Source: Diadema antillarum (lineage: Eukaryota). Taken from it: a stretch of DNA of 64,000 nucleotides. The notes below the pieces were generated by a model. The model was given only the letters and a program-made list of their open reading frames with translations. It searched no databases and was not told the DNA's origin. Below, one piece after another: positions 1 to 11,383 of this stretch. How positions within the stretch are numbered: the stretch's first letter is position 1; each line of letters begins with the position of its first letter. Location: assembly GCF_040938485.1 (NCBI RefSeq), contig NW_027271313.1:930001-994000 (forward strand), in the 5' to 3' direction. The position numbers and the translations under genes were made by a program.

Positions 1-610
1 GATGATGACGCGGACAAAATGACAATGGCTATTGTGTTCACACACATGTCATCTTACATTTAGCAGGAAAAATGTTACACGGTGCAGCGGCAGCAATTTC
101 ATTCGTTCTGAAGCGATCGTCGATTGGATCAAAAGAGGACGCCAACGGTTTCGAATATACGGGAGGGGTGGGGCGAAAAAAAACCAAATAAAAAAAGATA
201 AGAACAAAATGTAAGCTGAAATACAAAAATTTTCGGCTCGCTCGCTGCGCTCGCTCGCCAAAATTTCTCCAAAAAAGAAGAAGAGATAATTGGTATAAAT
301 CATTATCTGTAAGGTCGTCACTATTATCTTGATCAGAATTGTAAGATTTAATAAGCAGAAAATGACAAGAATTCCATGTTTTGTAAGCTGAAATACAAAA
401 ATTTTCGGCTCGCTCGCCAGAATTTATCAAAATTCATTACAGTTAAATCACCCTCAAAAGACACCTTTTAAGTGCTTGAAAAAGCATTATTATGTGGACT
501 TTGTTTAAAATTCCTACCGGGATGGGGTTGGGGTTGAACATTTTTTTCAGAAATTAGGGGCGCAATTTTCGCGCTTGCCCCGGGCGCCGTTTTCCCTAGA
601 TACACCACTG
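1..610. mobile_element. Right part of a non-autonomous TIR element
   Basis: Ends in GGGCGCCG...CCTAGATACACCACTG. Internal direct repeat GTAAGCTGAAATACAAAAATTTTCGGCTCGCTCGC at ~211 and ~382. Confidence 0.5.
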
Positions 611-619
611 CTTGTATTA

Positions 620-1010
620 CAGGGGCGGATCGAGGAATTCCGTAAAGGGAAAGCGCCTGTACAAATTTAAAGGCTGGCGCATCTCCCCCTTTTTTCTTTT
701 TATTTCTTTTGTGTTAACAAAAAATAGAGAGGATCCCCGACTACATCAACCACGAATGTCAGAACACATTCCTTACTTATTGCAGGGGTGGATCCAGGAA
801 TTCCGTAGAAGGGAGGCGCCTTTACAAAAGGATTGCTCACCCCTTTTCTTCTTTTGATTTCTTTTGTTTGAACAAAAAATAGAGAGGGGGCGCCAAAAGT
901 GCCCCCTATGGATCTGTGACTGCGTCAACCACAAATGTCTAAACTCATTGCTTGCATTACAGTGGCGGATACAGGAATTCCGTAAAGGGAAGGCGCCTTT
1001 ACAAAATTAA
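620..1010 (+). repeat. Three units of the same MITE-derived array
   Basis: CAG(G/T)GG(C/T)GGAT..AGGAATTCCGTA at 620, 783 and 960. Confidence 0.88.
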
Positions 1011-1660
1011 ATTCTGTCTGAAGAGGTATTGATAGATTTTACAACTCAAATGGAAAAACATTACAAAAATCTCCTATAGAAACTCTACCTATAAGCACGT
1101 CTGATGCTTTAAATGAAGCTTTTAGACGAGATAAACACTTAATTCATTACTTTGGTAAAGCGGACAAGCCACATATCACTCCAGTGTGAGTGAAAATGTA
1201 TCGAAAGGAACGGGTTCATTTATTTGAACGCGGTTGATGCTATAGGAAAAATGCTGCTTAATTTCAGTACTTTAGAATATGGCAAATATGAAAAATCGAA
1301 GACTGTGTCAACAGCTTGGACAAAGGAGAGGGCAAGAAACCGTCGACTATTCAATGAAAAACAACAGATCAAATCCTGAACTATATTCACCATTCTGATA
1401 TCCTGGAGACTCAACACAGCATCTTTTTTTCAGTCTGTTTGTCATCGGAACCTGAAACACGAAGGAGAACATATTTACCATCTTTGTATATCGTTACATA
1501 ACAAATAGATAAAGAAAGAAAGCAAGGAAGCAAGCCAGAAAGAAGGAAAACGTCTACACAGGCACCGGAAATTCAAGTGAAAGAGAAAATAACTCAAGTG
1601 ACTACACAAATTTGATGGTACTGCCTGCACGAGCTTGATGTAACGATTCAAAAGAAAATC

Positions 1661-1846
1661 TTCTTCTTCTTCTTCTTCTTCTGATTAAGTCTGCCTCCTT
1701 CAATAGACTGAAGATTCTTGCAGACTGGTGCTATTTACATTATAATACAATTTATTTACAGATATTTACAAGCACATAGAAAAATTGACGAAAATACTAG
1801 CCACTCTGATCAACCGTTAGACGGTTTCGAAATGATCCCACAGAAC
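1661..1846 (-). mobile_element. Short insertion with a (GAA)n tail, probably a 5'-truncated non-LTR retrotransposon end
   Basis: Absent from paralog C; begins with (TTC)n on the plus strand. Confidence 0.5.
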
Positions 1847-1970
1847 AAAGGAATAAGGTATCTCACACAACAGTTTTCTTACAGACTTTGCCAGACTCTT
1901 GCGGAGTCGGGCCCAAAATCACCTACCGCGAGATAACTTGCTAAATCTAGGCATTTTGATCGGAAGCTAA

Positions 1971-2535
1971 AGGGCTTTTTACACTTGTAAAATTTTGCTT
2001 AGCCCCGGACCAACGGTGGGGCTAAGGGGGGCCTTAGCCCCACCGTTGGTACGGGACTATCCTTAGCCCACTTTCTGTTTACACTCGTTTTTGCCAAAGT
2101 GGGCTAGCCCCACCGATAGTACGGTACTATCTGGCCCTGCAAAATAGCAGGGGTTAGCACCGCAATTGCGGTGCTAGCACCGCAATTGCGGTGCCAAGCA
2201 AGTGAGTGTAAACAGAACGAAAAAATAATCCTGGGCTAAGCGACGGAGACGAAGTCCGACCCTCACTGACCAATCAGAAACGAGGTCATCAAGTGCTGCC
2301 GGTGCGTGCGTGTACGTGTACAGTACACAGCGTAATTATGAATATTCGTGTGGTTTGGAAAGTCCTGGGCTAAGAAATACGAGTGTAAAAAGGTCAGTTT
2401 TCTCCTTAGCCCCGGACAAGAGATAGTACGGGACTAATTGGCGAGTGTAAAAAGCTGAAAAAATTGGTACGGGACTAACGATAGTCCTGGGTCAGAGAAA
2501 GTCCGGGGTTAAGAAACACAAGTGTAAAAAGCCCT
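1971..2535. mobile_element. PIF/Harbinger-type MITE
   Basis: 18-bp TIR AGGGCTTTTTACACTTGT; TAA TSD at 1968-1970 and 2536-2538; empty site with a single TAA at 32424-32426. Confidence 0.93.
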
Positions 2536-3283
2536 TAAGAGCACACCATCAAATGCGTATGAACAAGGAATAAAGCACTCAAAAGAATGCCGTTGTTATG
2601 TAAACAAAATTGGTGCAGAGTTTCATTATTACGTCACAGATCTTGAAATGAGCTGTACGCGCAGCGCGTTGATGAGGAGAAACGCAAGGTGAACATTGTT
2701 ACGTCACGTCTAGCATCTTGATAGGCATCAACAATTATCTTGACGTTGTCCTTGTGGGTCACTACAGAGGTTGAAATTTAGAATACCCCACGTTCCACAT
2801 TTCTTCACTTTTATACCAAACCTGTACTTTGAAAGATTCTCATACAACAGTAATCAATAGCTCAAAGCGATAATGATAATGAAAAAAAAAGTATATTCCA
2901 CCAATGAGCCGATATCCCGTCGAACAGTTTTGCATGGGGCGATAACTTCATCAAGATATGGGCATTATCAATCGAAGGGCTCGACATCAAATATTACAAC
3001 CGTTCAGCAATTAATGAATCAAAATGATCCTCACACCGTGTAAATGTGGGTAATGAATGATTGAAGTGCCGACATATTTGTAAGTCCACTAAAAGTTTCA
3101 GACGTTGATTTACTATTAGGCCTATAATGTATTATGTATTTTACATGCATTAGTGTGTATTTGTGATTGTATATATCTGTGGCTATACTAGTTCGGCGTT
3201 TTTGACTATATCGATCAACAATGTAATTTGCAAAGTCCTTATCAAGGTTGTTACCTCCAATGAGCAAGAGACACCGGGCTCAG

Positions 3284-3311
<28 letters not shown>

Positions 3312-3314
<3 letters not shown>

Positions 3315-3486
3315 GGGCGGATCTAGGAATTCCGTAAAGAGGGGATGCGTTTACAAAATCAAAGGGAGGGGGGCGCACGCACCCCTCCATCCATTTATTT
3401 CTTTTTATTTCTTTTGTTTCAACAAAAACAAATGGGGGGGGGGGGGGGGCGTGCGCCGGTTGCGGTCCTCCCTGGATCCGCCACTG
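3312..3486 (+). mobile_element. Solo MITE of the array family (hAT-like termini) inserted in (CA)n
   Basis: Termini TAGGGGCGGATCTAGG and CCTGGATCCGCCACTG; CA repeats on both sides. Confidence 0.75.
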
Positions 3487-4222
3487 CACACACACCGTGA
3501 CATACATACACACATACACGCGTACACGCACAGACTTTTTTACGAGTCAATGAAAATTTACCAACTTAGAAAGGAACGTAACAAAATTACCCAAGTACTG
3601 TTAAGAAATACCCAGGCTTAATGTGCAAAATAATGTTGGTAAATTATATAAGGCAAATTTCTACCAAAGTATCAGTTGCCTAATAGAATAAAAATTACCC
3701 AACACGCAAAGGGAATGCGTCACTTACACAACAGCGGGGCAAAAAGTACCCAACTTTCCATTATCAATTCTGTTGGTAAATATTCGCCCAATATCTAAGT
3801 AAGAATAATTGCCCATTGCTGTTTTAATCACCTAAAAGCTCAATTGGGCGATAATTGCCCAAAATGATGGTCTTTTTTTTTTTACCAACCAACAATTACC
3901 CAACTAAATTTACCCAATATTTTAAGAGTGTATCCTTATTCACATTATTTTGTGTCAGAAAATGATTCTTATGAAGATTTGTAAGGCCATTGGGAGACTT
4001 GTGAGCCCTTGTTATGATATCGTCATTTAATTAACATCCCTCGTGTTGTCTAGTATCGCTGTTTCAACATCACTGTTTTAATGAAGCTCTGAAAGTATCA
4101 AAGATCTGAAAATTCTAAAAACCGAATTGCAATGTGGAATTGCAGTTACGAAAGAAAAATTATTTATACCTAAAGGTCTGGATGAGACAGTAATCTTGTG
4201 CGCTTTGTGCTTGCGAAGAGGA

Positions 4223-4580
4223 TTGTTTGTTTGTCTGTTCATTTCAATCTGAGAAGATGGCTAGATAGCCAATATTTAGCTACACTAAGCTGGTCTTCCA
4301 TGGGGTCCAGTTGGATGTGAGGTGGGGCCACTTCATCGGGTAAAACGCCCTGCTCTTTGCGATGAATGAATGAAGCAGGATGTGTTACGTGCATGAGTTG
4401 TGGCTCTCTAAAACACGGGACCTCAATTTTATGTCCTTTTCGAGGGACAAAGTGTTTTGCCTCTTGCTCGAGGGGACGGTATTTTTACACACAAAATTGC
4501 TCAGTCCAGACTCGGGTTCGAACCTGGGTCCTTAGGATCGTGAGGCAGACGCGCTACCGACTGAGCCAACTCACCGCCCT
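4223..4580 (-). mobile_element. tRNA-derived SINE
   Basis: A box TGGCTCAGTCGG (4568-4557), B box GGTTCGAACCC (4524-4514), tRNA-like head and (AAAC)-like tail. Confidence 0.85.
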
Positions 4581-4677
4581 AGATAAACAGTTATGTCTGC
4601 GTTAATTATTTCGATTATTGTTGTGAAAATCCCAACGGACAAGATTAATTTTGAACAAGATTGCTGGTAAATGTGTC

Positions 4678-4833
4678 NNNNNNNNNNNNNNNNNNNNNNN
4701 NNNNNNNNNNNNNNNNNNNNNNNNNNNNNNNNNNNNNNNNNNNNNNNNNNNNNNNNNNNNNNNNNNNNNNNNNNNNNNNNNNNNNNNNNNNNNNNNNNNN
4801 NNNNNNNNNNNNNNNNNNNNNNNNNNNNNNNNN
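4678..4833. other. Assembly gap
   Basis: Run of N. Confidence 1.
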
Positions 4834-4917
4834 TGGCAGTACTAGAAATAGCAATAATAAAATCACAACAGAGGAATGCAGGGAATGCATTAATAGCCAA
4901 TCTTGATTTAATGAATA

Positions 4918-4955
4918 ATCCGAATTTTCGAGGAACCTTCCTCTTCTTCAGGGAT
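4918..4955 (-). ncRNA. Minimal type I hammerhead ribozyme motif (Penelope-like element type)
   Basis: Minus strand reads AUCC-CUGAAGA-A-GAGGA(AGGU)UCCUC-GAA-AAUUC-GGAU. Stem I is 4 bp, stem II 5 bp, stem III is the palindrome AAUU, and the cleavage triplet is UUC. Confidence 0.65.
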
Positions 4956-5138
4956 GACAGTGCGAATATTCACAATATGAATATTCGCACTGTCACAAAG
5001 TCAAAGTCTCGATAAAGGTCTTTGACCGAAACGTCAGTCCAGTTTTTTGGCTCCTGCGGTGTTTATACGACTGTTTCTACTCTTGATATCTATTTACTAC
5101 ACACCAACGCAGAACTTTCATATTATGATATATTTTGA

Positions 5139-5272
5139 TACACACACACACGCACACATATGAGATTAAAACCTAAATGGCATTAAAACGCTATATCCTC
5201 GCTTTCCTCGCTAGGATAAAGCGTTTTGATGCCATTTTAGGTTTTAATCTCATATGTGTGCGTGTGTGTGTA
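5139..5272. repeat. Foldback/long inverted repeat (~60-bp arms, 13-nt loop)
   Basis: CACACATATGAGATTAAAACCTAAATGGCATTAAAACGCTATATCCT ... AGGATAAAGCGTTTTGATGCCATTTTAGGTTTTAATCTCATATGTGTG, with 3 differences in the unique part. Confidence 0.85.
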
Positions 5273-8013
5273 TGTGTTTGTGTGTGTGCGTGTGCGTTTG
5301 TGTGTGTGTGTGTGTGTTAACACTCGTATATTAAGACACATAAGGTATACAAAATGTATACAATGAGTCTTTCACACTCCGATTCAGAGATTGAAGAGAT
5401 CAGTTTGAAAAGGTAAAAATGAACAAAGAGAGAAAGTATGTGAAGTTGTTGCAACAGTGCTGGCTCGTTCGATTATGCACCTGTGACAAAGTGATTTGGA
5501 AATAGAAATTTTAATGAGCTTGAAAAAAAAATATGAAGGGAAAAAATTTCAAACAGAGAGACATAAAGTGTGAGGGAGATTAAAAAGAAAGAGACACAGA
5601 CAGAAACAAAAAAAAAAGGTAAAATGAGAATATCGGAGAAAGCTCAAATTTGGAGATACAGTGTTAAATTATTTACCAGCACCCAATAGGCTTGCCAAGT
5701 TTGGATTCCATAATATCCGTGTGAAAAACATCTGGGACGAGGACAAAAACAACAAGAGACATAGTGGTAACAAACCTACTTCCTGTATTTTCTCTGACAT
5801 GGTTTTGATTTGTAATTTCTCCGTCAAGTGCTGAGGTCAATCCAGGGACTCTGGACTCGAGAACTTTGCAGGACTGTTTAGAGAAAACCCCTACTGTTCC
5901 ATTAAACTCACCTCGGAAACTTGGTGCCCAGATGTGTTATGATGATAATTAGTCAGGAGCAGCGGTAAGCTTCCGTGTAGGCATATTAATTCTATATTCA
6001 ATTCAATTTAAAGTTGTTGCTTTTGATGCTGGGGGCGCATCTCTAGAAGTACAAAAAGTTGTGACGAGTTTCCTCATAACATAAATGAATATTACATCCC
6101 ATGATATGCAGTGTCACAGTTAAAGAGGAAATCCAGCCCAAATATAAGTTAGTCTGATAAAAAAGAGTAAAAATCTTACGAGTTCAACTATAAAAATACG
6201 ACTAAATAAGAAGGAAAAAAAGGAAGTTATGACATTTTGAGTTATGCTAATTTCTGCACAAGAGTTCTTGTACAATGGATATGAATATGCATATGAGGGA
6301 CCTAACCATGTCATACCCTCATAATTTTCCACTGATTGTGTACAAAATAAAAATGACGAAAATTCAATGTATCTGTCATTTAAGTCTGAAACATGACATT
6401 ATTCCTGGATGAATAACTTCAGAATAGTGATCAGTTAGATATACGAGGATTTGAGCCTCTGGAATAATTCGTTTGAATGAAAAAACGGGAAATTTCGAAA
6501 TGTATCTACAAACTATATCCATGGTTAGTTGTGAGGGAATGGCATGCTCACTTTGTCATTGCATATTCGTATTGACTGTTCAAGAACTGTTTTCCCCCAA
6601 AATAGCGAAACTTCAAGATGTCATAATTTCCTTATTTTTGAAACGCCTTTCGATCAATTTTATTCCGCTGAACTCGTAATATTTTACTCTTTCTTATCAG
6701 ACTAACTTATATTCGGATTGGATTTCCCCTTTAATATATAGAAATACAAATCCGAGGTAAGGACAAGAAAAAAGACGGAGACAGAGACCTAAACAACAGC
6801 AGAATCAAAGACAAGGAAATACGGACACTGACATTGACAGGGACATCAAGTTCGACTTAGTATATAACAACAATCATAGGGACATGGGACCCAACAGACG
6901 TGTAATACAGGGGGATTGTCGAGGGTAGAAAATAGAAAATCAGGCACAGCCCTCAAACAGTAAAGCGATACATGCAGCTGTCATGACAGCAAATAAAAAA
7001 AAAAAGGCGTACATTCACGTCGCCATACGCTTTGTCGTACAAAAAAAGGTATCATGGAACTAAACAACATTACGAAATAAGAGAGAAAAACAGAAGAACG
7101 ACAAACTTTGATGGCATGATTCCGACAGTAATATTGTATACAATGGTGTTGGGATCACAAAGACCAATCAACTCTTGACAGCGAGCCTGGCCCTGGGAGG
7201 GGACCTTCCAACAGACATCCTGAAGTACGTTGGGAGAGAGTTAAATACATTCGTTGGAAGCACGAAAGCAAAAAAAAAAAGAAAAAAAAAAGACATCAAA
7301 ATGAAGCAATTCAAGCCCGAGTTATCCCCGAGTCCGAGTCTAGCCTGACCCCGTTCGGGTAAGTTCTGAGACTGAACGTTTTTGGTTAATATTTCCCATT
7401 TTCGTCGTTACCCATCGAATATCTTGTTATTACAGCGTTATTCTGCACATTTCCTAGGCATACGTTCACATTTTGGAGCAAAATTTGACAACTTTTGCAG
7501 GCGTACCAGAACATTGTTTGGGGTTTAAAACATTACCCAATCCAACCCAACCCAATCCAATTAAGCATAGTTCAGGCTTCTCGGAGACACACGTTGATTC
7601 GAGTCGACTAATATTATCTTAATTGATTTTTATGCCCTACTATATTTTGAAGTAGATGTCAAGCACTAATTACATTTAACGAGATTTGAAGGTTTTTGCT
7701 AACTTTCTCACACTCACTGTTATCTTGCTTTTATTTCACTAATTTCATTCACAGCTTCTTCCGTTTTTTCTTTTTTTGGAAAGTAACTGTGATCACAGAA
7801 ACAGTGCTGAAAGTGAAATGGAAGATTAAACGAGAACTTACCGTTTGAAGTTTAATATTAATTTTATGAGTAATTGGAGGGTGAGATTACGTCATATATG
7901 AGATCCCGCTAGTGCGCGCGCCACTCAATATTAGAAGCAAGAATGTGACCACTGACGTAGGAAGATAACGAGAGATTAAGTTACCGTTTGAAATTTGGGG
8001 GAGGGTGAGGTGG

Positions 8014-8123
8014 GACGTAATCTCACCCTCCAATTACTCATAAAATTAATATTAAACTTCAAACGGTAAGTTCTCGTTTAATCTTCCATTTTATATCGTA
8101 ATTTCGTGAGAGATTACGTCATA
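8014..8123 (-). repeat. DIRS-A internal complementary region (ICR)
   Basis: Perfect complement of the 3' terminus and of the 5' terminus, joined through CCATTT (the circle-junction sequence). Confidence 0.95.
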
Positions 8124-8310
8124 ATCTATTTCAAAGCCAGTGGTTACATTCTCGAGGCAACCCCCCCGAAAAGGGGTAGGAAGCATACCTTACAAGAGGT
8201 TCCATTGCAAATCTCATTCAGGTTGAATGCTGCAGAGATATTGTGTCTCCAAGAGTTCACAAGTTCAGGCAGTTCAAGACATGTCTGCCCAAATCTTAGG
8301 GCTTCACAGT

Positions 8311-9288
8311 CTATTTTTTGATAATTGTTTCTACAAAGGTTTTCTCAGCAGGACAGGGCTTGTTGTAGTACTTGCGAAAGGTTCTTTCGTTGGCCCAACC
8401 GGCTTGCACAAGTATTTTAGATACTGGGAAATTTCCCTTATTGGCTGCGGAGGTAGACGCTGCCCGAGTAGAGTGCGCCTTGTAGATCTCTGTATCAATA
8501 CCCGCAGCCTCCAAAACCTCCTTAATCCAGCGAGCGATTGTTTGAGATGATACCCTGTGATACGGTTTCTTGTAGCTAACAAAAAGGTACCGTTCACTAG
8601 CTCTGATTCTGCGGGTCCTGCTGATGTATTCCTGCAAGTACCTGACTACACAAAGTCTCCTGTCTGGCGGGTATGCCTGGAGCTTGACACTGTGTGAGTA
8701 ATTTCCAGGCTTGCTCTGTTTTAGGAGATCATGAAGGTGAAAGGTGACTGCATTATCTCTTAACACCATACCATCCAAGCTTAGATAGTGTAATGATTGA
8801 ATCCTTTGTGCTGAGATTAATGCAATAATCACACACAATTTAAGCGTCAATTTTTTCAGGTCCAAAATGTGCGCTGGGGACCAAGAACGAAGAAAATTGA
8901 AAACAAGGTTAACGTCCCACATTTCCATGTATCTAGGCTTGGGTGGGCGTAGCTGAAAGACTCCCTTCATAAACCTCTGGATAAAGGGATGGTTTCCAAC
9001 TGTAAACATAGTATCTCGAAGAATCACAAATGAAGATAGAGCACTCCGTGCTAAGTTTATGACACTGTAACCTGCCCCTTTATCGAAGAAAATGTCACTC
9101 AGGAATTCCAGGATAGCTTGAACATCCGAGTACAAGTAGTTGCTGCATTTTTTGTCACAAAATGCTTTCCATTTGTTTATGTACACTGCATACTGTTTTT
9201 TAGTCCCTTTTCTCCAAGAGGAGGCCATTACAGCAGTTATACGTGCATTCAATCCCGCATCTCTGAAGGGCTTGCACAGAACCTGCAA
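8311..9288 (-). CDS. DIRS-A ORF3, tyrosine recombinase (YR)
   Basis: Catalytic pattern AQRIQSL (R), KQSKPG (K), HSTRAAS (HxxR), AGW, FRKYY (Y). No ATG at the 5' end (TGA-TCT-TCT-TGC-TTG-CAG-GTT). Confidence 0.95.
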   Translation of the reverse strand: MQVLCKPFRDAGLNARITAVMASSWRKGTKKQYAVYINKWKAFCDKKCSNYLYSDVQAILEFLSDIFFDKGAGYSVINLARSALSSFVILRDTMFTVGNHPFIQRFMKGVFQLRPPKPRYMEMWDVNLVFNFLRSWSPAHILDLKKLTLKLCVIIALISAQRIQSLHYLSLDGMVLRDNAVTFHLHDLLKQSKPGNYSHSVKLQAYPPDRRLCVVRYLQEYISRTRRIRASERYLFVSYKKPYHRVSSQTIARWIKEVLEAAGIDTEIYKAHSTRAASTSAANKGNFPVSKILVQAGWANERTFRKYYNKPCPAEKTFVETIIKK

Positions 9289-11383
9289 GCAAGAAGATCA
9301 ATCTGAGTGTTTAGTGGGTGAGGAGTGTTAGAAACTGGCAATGTTAGTAAGGATTCACTCCTATGAATAACAAGTGGTTCCTCATTCATCATCCTGTTTA
9401 GGAGAGGAAACCATGGCTGGCTTGGCCATTTTGGGACTACTAGTATCCCAGTTGCATTATCAGATTTGATTTTTTGAATGCACTTAGCAACTAAGCAGAA
9501 AGGAGGAAATGCGTAAAAGTACCACTTTCCCCAATCGAGAGTAAAGGCATCAACAGCCTTGGCATGTGGGTCGGGCAACCATGTGACATAGTTCTCTACC
9601 TGCTTGTTAAGTCTGGAGGCAAATAGGTCTATTTCTGGTGTCCCAAAACGTGAAGTTATTTCTTGGAAAACTGTGCGGTCAAGCATCCATTCTGTGCGGT
9701 CATTGAAAATTCTAGACATGCGGTCTGCCTCCACATTCAGCTTTCCTGGCAAGTGTGCTGCAGTGACCCAAATTTTACGAGTTTCGCACCGCTGCCAAAT
9801 CTCTCGGGCTGCCCGATCACAGTCAAGGGATTTAATGCCTCCCATGTTGTTAATGTACGCAACAGCAGTACTGTTATCTAGCCGTAACAAAACATGAATG
9901 TTTTGTGAATTAGAACAGAAGGACTTGAGTCCCATGCCAGCAGCCAGGGTCTCCAGATAATTAATCTTATTCTCCCTGGCTTTTTGCAGCTCGTCTTCAT
10001 TCCATCTACCCCCTGTATGGGTGGTATGATCAGATGCCCCCCAGCCTTTGCCACTGGCATCCGTGCACAATTCGAGCATAGGTTTAGGGTGTCGTAAGGG
10101 TGAGAAAGTAGACTGCACATTGTCTGTCCACCATTGCAGCTCTTGTTTTGCTTCCAAAGATAGGCTCATTTTTCTGTCAAAATGCCCCTTATTCATTTTG
10201 AGTGCTTTGATTTTGTCCCTTTCTAAAGCCCTGTAATAGAGCTGTCCATACTGGACTGCGGGAAATGATGCTACCATTTTCCCGATAATTCTAGCCACCT
10301 GCCTGATACTGGGGTTTGCCATTTGCATAAGTTCATTGCACAAGGACTGTATTTCCTCTGATTTGTTATCAGGCAGTCGAATTGTCATGGCCTGAGTATT
10401 GAGAATGAAACCAAGAAATTGTATTTCTTGAGTGGGGCATAGTACTGATTTTTCTGGGTGTACCAAGAACCCAAGTTGTGCAAGGATGCTAGTGGTTTCA
10501 AAAACCGTTTGCAATGTTTGATTCTCACTTTCTCCAATAATGAGTACATCGTCAAGGTATCCAATTACTACATGCCCTTGCTCTCTCAGTAATGTAAATA
10601 CAGGTTTCAGTAGTTTAGTGAATAACCTTGGCGCCGTGCTCAGGCCATTAGGCAGTACTTTGAATTGCCAAAGTTGATTTTTCCAGGAGAACTTTAAGAA
10701 CTTCCTGTGTGTTGGGTGCACAGGTACTGTATAGTACGCGTCCCGAAGGTCGACTGAAGCTAAGAAGCTATTTTCTGAAATGAGTTCAATAGCAGTATGG
10801 ATATTTTCCATCTTAAAATGCTGGTACTGGAGATATTTGTTGAGATCAGACAGGTCTAGGAAACGCGTGTACCCCCGTCTTTTTTAGGCCGTGTAAAAAT
10901 ATTAGACACGAATTCTCCAGTTTCCATCTGGCACGGTTCGATTACTCCCTTGTCATGGAGTTTAGAAATTTCAAGATCAATATCAGCCTCTTCGGCTTTA
11001 TTACACCGAAAAAGGTAAGGGGGTTTAGTTCTAGATGGTGCACCCATCTCTTTACTGAATTCAAGCCTGTAGCCACTTACAGCATTTAGCACATGTGGGT
11101 CTGAAGTAATTTTGCGCCACTTTGGGAGGAATTGCTTCAGTCGACCTCCTACCATAGGTTCTACATTATTATGACATAGCTTTGCATAATCACTAGAATC
11201 AGATGTCATGTTTACCTCGTCAGTTGAACTGGAGGTTATCGTGCTCTCTTCATCCCTGAGCCCTGCTTGCTGCCGCAGTGCGGTTGGTGCTGGCTGGGAT
11301 ATGTGAAGGTGTGGGGAGCCGACGGCTTCCCCCTCCCCTTGGGGCGCTGGCCTAAAAAAGCATGGCTGGTAGCTCCAGTCCAC
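9249..11383 (-). pseudogene. DIRS-A ORF2, reverse transcriptase-RNase H-DNA adenine methyltransferase, split by a 1-nt deletion near 10861
   Basis: Track ORFs 10856-11383 and 9249-10811 join as ...RPKKDGGTRV[I]LDLSDLNKYLQYQHFKMEN if one base is restored. Motifs: YLDD; RNase H TDASG/NYLE/DNSTAV/ADRMSR; MT DLFAS and YAFPPF. Confidence 0.9.

Larger units (their letters stand above)
609..3310. repeat. Segmental duplication copy A (paralog of 31250-33213)
   Basis: Colinear near-identity by eye from the MITE array to the (CA)n tract. Copy A carries two extra insertions (1661-1846 and 1971-2535). Confidence 0.92.

Noticed and set aside
3520-3931. Possible TIR element ending TTTTAAGAGTGTA with TTACCCA repeats
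   Set aside because: The left terminus could not be matched convincingly, so it is not listed as a feature.
4514-4580. tRNA gene
   Set aside because: The A and B boxes run into a SINE body and tail, with no proper acceptor stem or poly-T terminator.
10860-10890. Programmed -1 frameshift at AAA AAA G explaining the DIRS-A RT break
   Set aside because: It would replace the conserved KKDGGTRVIL with KRRGYTRFL, and DIRS-B is continuous here. A single-base deletion is simpler.
11381-11383. ATG start for DIRS-A ORF2 (MDWSY...)
   Set aside because: Not conserved: DIRS-B has no ATG at this position, while the slippery site 24 nt downstream is conserved. Not excluded as a minor start.
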